57,515 nucleotides of DNA from a virus. Lineage: Duplodnaviria > Caudoviricetes. The translations under genes and the position numbers were made by a program. Shown here piece by piece: positions 55,319 through 57,515 of this stretch. The stretch lies in IMG/VR virus record IMGVR_UViG_3300033565_000004, positions 1 to 57,515 of that record; one strand, 5' to 3'. Position 1 is the first letter of the stretch. Every line of letters begins with the position of its first letter. The notes under the pieces were generated by a model. The model saw only the letters and a program-made list of their open reading frames with translations, did not search any database and was not told where the DNA came from.

Positions 55319-56061
55319 CAACGCTTCCCCCTCTTCGATTCGCCACTGAACGCGAGTACGGCACACATATCGCGCATCCTATCGTAAAGCCTAGCGTCAA
55401 ACACGACCGCCATCTCCTCAATCGGTAAATTCGATGTAAATATCGTAGGTATTCCGTTAACCGTCCGATAGTTAATAATCGCGTGAATGTACGCCCTGAA
55501 CGCTTCAGAAGCGCTTCTCACTCCGATATCATCAATGACCGCGAAGGGCGCCGTCTGTGCGCGTTTTATGACCGCCTTAATAGCGTTGATGCCCGTCTCG
55601 TCATTCGTCATTGTAGCGAGGTTGTAGTCGGTCTGAAAGGCGTTCACATCCAAGAAGTAAGCCGGAGTCTGCGCCGCTTGGGTTCCCCGTTTCAGACTTC
55701 CGAGATAATGGGCGATCATCCATTCGTTCAAGACTGCGATTGCTGTCGTCGTCTTTCCGGTGCCTGGCGACTCGCTGAAGAGATAGAGCGATTTGATCCG
55801 GTCGGCTCCTTCTTCAAATTGGCGCTCAAATGTGGCAGCATACTTTTCGATAGTGGCGTAGACTTTCGCCTGACTTTCGCGAGCTGGCGAATTGGCTAGC
55901 GTCAGCAATCGATAATCGGCCGGTGTGTTAGCGTTGGCGACTCGACCGCCGGTTCCGCTGTAGCCGTGCATTGCGATGAAGGCGCTGCACTGGCGATTAC
56001 ACACTTTGCTATGGGCGAGCCGGCACCGCGATGCGAGAATGCAATTATTTGCGTGTGTCAT
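55318..56061 (-). CDS. DnaC/IstB-like helicase loader ATPase
   Basis: PGTGKTT, VIDDIG, INYR, FTSN and RLYDR. Confidence 0.9.
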   Translation of the reverse strand: MTHANNCILASRCRLAHSKVCNRQCSAFIAMHGYSGTGGRVANANTPADYRLLTLANSPARESQAKVYATIEKYAATFERQFEEGADRIKSLYLFSESPGTGKTTTAIAVLNEWMIAHYLGSLKRGTQAAQTPAYFLDVNAFQTDYNLATMTNDETGINAIKAVIKRAQTAPFAVIDDIGVRSASEAFRAYIHAIINYRTVNGIPTIFTSNLPIEEMAVVFDARLYDRMRDMCAVLAFSGESKRGKR

Positions 56062-56065
56062 TCGT

Positions 56066-56230
56066 TCACCTCCTTCCGTAAATAAATATTCCTTCGTCTG
56101 TTAATTCCGCTTTCAATCTACGCAAATCAACTTCGAATGCATCAGGCGATAAAAACGCAACGTCCCATTTTCCTTTTCGGTGTCTTACCGCTGTGCCCCA
56201 CGGAAACCTTACGACCTCCCAAGGCTTCAT
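56066..56230 (-). CDS. Hypothetical protein
   Basis: Start MKPWEVV after GAGGAGG. Confidence 0.55.
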   Translation of the reverse strand: MKPWEVVRFPWGTAVRHRKGKWDVAFLSPDAFEVDLRRLKAELTDEGIFIYGRR

Positions 56231-56925
56231 TCCGCAACCTCCTCGCGTGAGTCGTCGATTGTTTTCGGATTTGTGCAAAGTCCTCCGTGATAGTCACCGC
56301 CATCTAACCGTGCATATACACGAGAATCCTTCGCAGTATACGCTCTTCCGTTTTCAATTCTACCGACTACAAATCTTAGAACCTTTCCGTCTTCATTAGT
56401 TGTTTCCGCTATGTCACCAACTCGCACTTCCGTCGGCTGTGGCGCGCTCAAATATTCCGCAGGCACTTCGAGTCCTAACGCACGCCTTAACGCAATAGCC
56501 TTGCCGATGTGAACGCTGAAGCAGTCAGACGGGTCGCATTTGGCGATTCCTCGCGACATTACTTCACTCGTATTATATCCTCGCAGTAAAGCCACCACAG
56601 TATTTCGTTTTCTATTTACAACATATTCGCAATTATAGGCGTTACCGGACCCTCTGCTAAGCGTGCTATAACCGTCTAATTTCTCGCGATAATCCCACGT
56701 TTTTCCGAATAATTCTCCAGGACATTTTAACTCCGCAATATCACGCTTTGCCTTTTCGATAATTTCGTCGCGAATATCTTGCGGTGATTTAACCGGTAAA
56801 TATTCGCCATCGACTTTGTGGCGCTCCAATATATCCGCGATTCTACTCGCGCTGGCTAGGATTGCAACCTTCGCCTTCAAATCCGTAATTTCCGCCTGCA
56901 TTTGTTCGATTATTCCGTTTTTCAT
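56227..56925 (-). CDS. Hypothetical phage protein
   Basis: GIAKCDPSDCF..HIGKAIALRRA motif; start MKNG after GAGGAGG. Confidence 0.7.
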   Translation of the reverse strand: MKNGIIEQMQAEITDLKAKVAILASASRIADILERHKVDGEYLPVKSPQDIRDEIIEKAKRDIAELKCPGELFGKTWDYREKLDGYSTLSRGSGNAYNCEYVVNRKRNTVVALLRGYNTSEVMSRGIAKCDPSDCFSVHIGKAIALRRALGLEVPAEYLSAPQPTEVRVGDIAETTNEDGKVLRFVVGRIENGRAYTAKDSRVYARLDGGDYHGGLCTNPKTIDDSREEVAE

Positions 56926-56954
56926 TTCGTTTTCCTCCTCGTTTTTAATTTCGT

Positions 56955-57332
56955 TTATAACCAATCGTCGTCAAACTCTTGCGTCTGCTCAACCGCCTTC
57001 TGCACGACAGCCTTCCGCTTCACATCGGCCAGCACCCTAGGCAAGATTCGCGCCCTCTGATACGAAAACATAAAACTGAACGCCAGCCCCGGATAATCCC
57101 GCGTCGGCTTGTAATCCGCGAAACAGGCTTCGATAAATGCCCGCACAACCTCCGCCCCATGTTCCGCAATCATCGACTTCAGCCAGCGAGCTTCAATCGC
57201 AAAGTTTCGCGTTGTGTATTTGATGCCGTATTTGGCTTCGTGCTGATCGGCGAGGAATTGGCGAAAAGTCGTTACGGTCCAGTCGGACGTTGGTAGGTTC
57301 CGCCAATCCTTAACGCTAATTTTTGTCATCAC
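56955..57332 (-). CDS. Hypothetical protein, possible replication organiser
   Basis: Upstream of the DnaC-like loader; acidic DDDWL end. Confidence 0.6.
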   Translation of the reverse strand: MMTKISVKDWRNLPTSDWTVTTFRQFLADQHEAKYGIKYTTRNFAIEARWLKSMIAEHGAEVVRAFIEACFADYKPTRDYPGLAFSFMFSYQRARILPRVLADVKRKAVVQKAVEQTQEFDDDWL

Positions 57333-57515
57333 CGGTCACCGCCTCATGCGAAATTACGAATATTTCTTGTAACGTACTTTTATGCGGAGTAGTATCCGGT
57401 ATTGAGTACGTTAAATCTCCGTCACATTCCGTAAAAAATTCACTGCTGAGATCGTTTATATAGTCCAACGTTTTTCTTAACCGCTCAATCTCCGCAAGCA
57501 ACTTCGGCACGTCTT
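57316..57515 (-). CDS. C-terminal part of a hypothetical protein (Ead/Ea22-like motif), truncated
   Basis: DVPKLLAEIERLR motif; frame open to the window edge. Confidence 0.5.
   Translation of the reverse strand, partial: DVPKLLAEIERLRKTLDYINDLSSEFFTECDGDLTYSIPDTTPHKSTLQEIFVISHEAVTGDDKN

Noticed and set aside
103-57296. Numerous plus-strand ORFs of 60-160 aa in the track
   Set aside because: Antisense shadows of well-supported minus-strand genes, with no RBS or motifs. Only 2635, 27511, 50403 and 50658/50676 were kept.

Overview
The window is a 57.5 kb part of a temperate Bacillaceae-type siphophage or prophage genome. Almost all genes are on the minus strand, both ends are truncated, and no integrase is inside the window. 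In transcription order (right to left) it holds: DNA replication genes (DnaC-like loader, DnaB helicase, primase); a switch region with two plus-strand HTH regulators and an arbitrium locus (aimR plus an unannotated aimP carrying SDKVGG twice); a sigma-factor-like gene; HNH, SSB-like protein, PolA, exonuclease and RuvC; nucleotide metabolism (NrdJ, dCMP deaminase, PhoH, dUTPase, ThyX, dNMP kinase); a DNA modification cassette; late regulators; a PAPS-reductase-like gene; a RepL-like gene with iteron-like repeats; the packaging, head and tail module with an acetyltransferase moron; lysis genes; and the start of a conjugation-like pilin/M23/ATPase module. The strongest candidate system is the AT-rich three-gene cassette at 27883-30604. 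It encodes a CmoA-like carboxy-SAM synthase, a C5-cytosine methyltransferase whose motif X Asn is replaced by Arg, and an asparagine-synthetase-like ligase without a glutaminase domain. Together these predict 5-carboxymethylcytosine DNA hypermodification. All calls come from reading motifs by eye; no searches were run.
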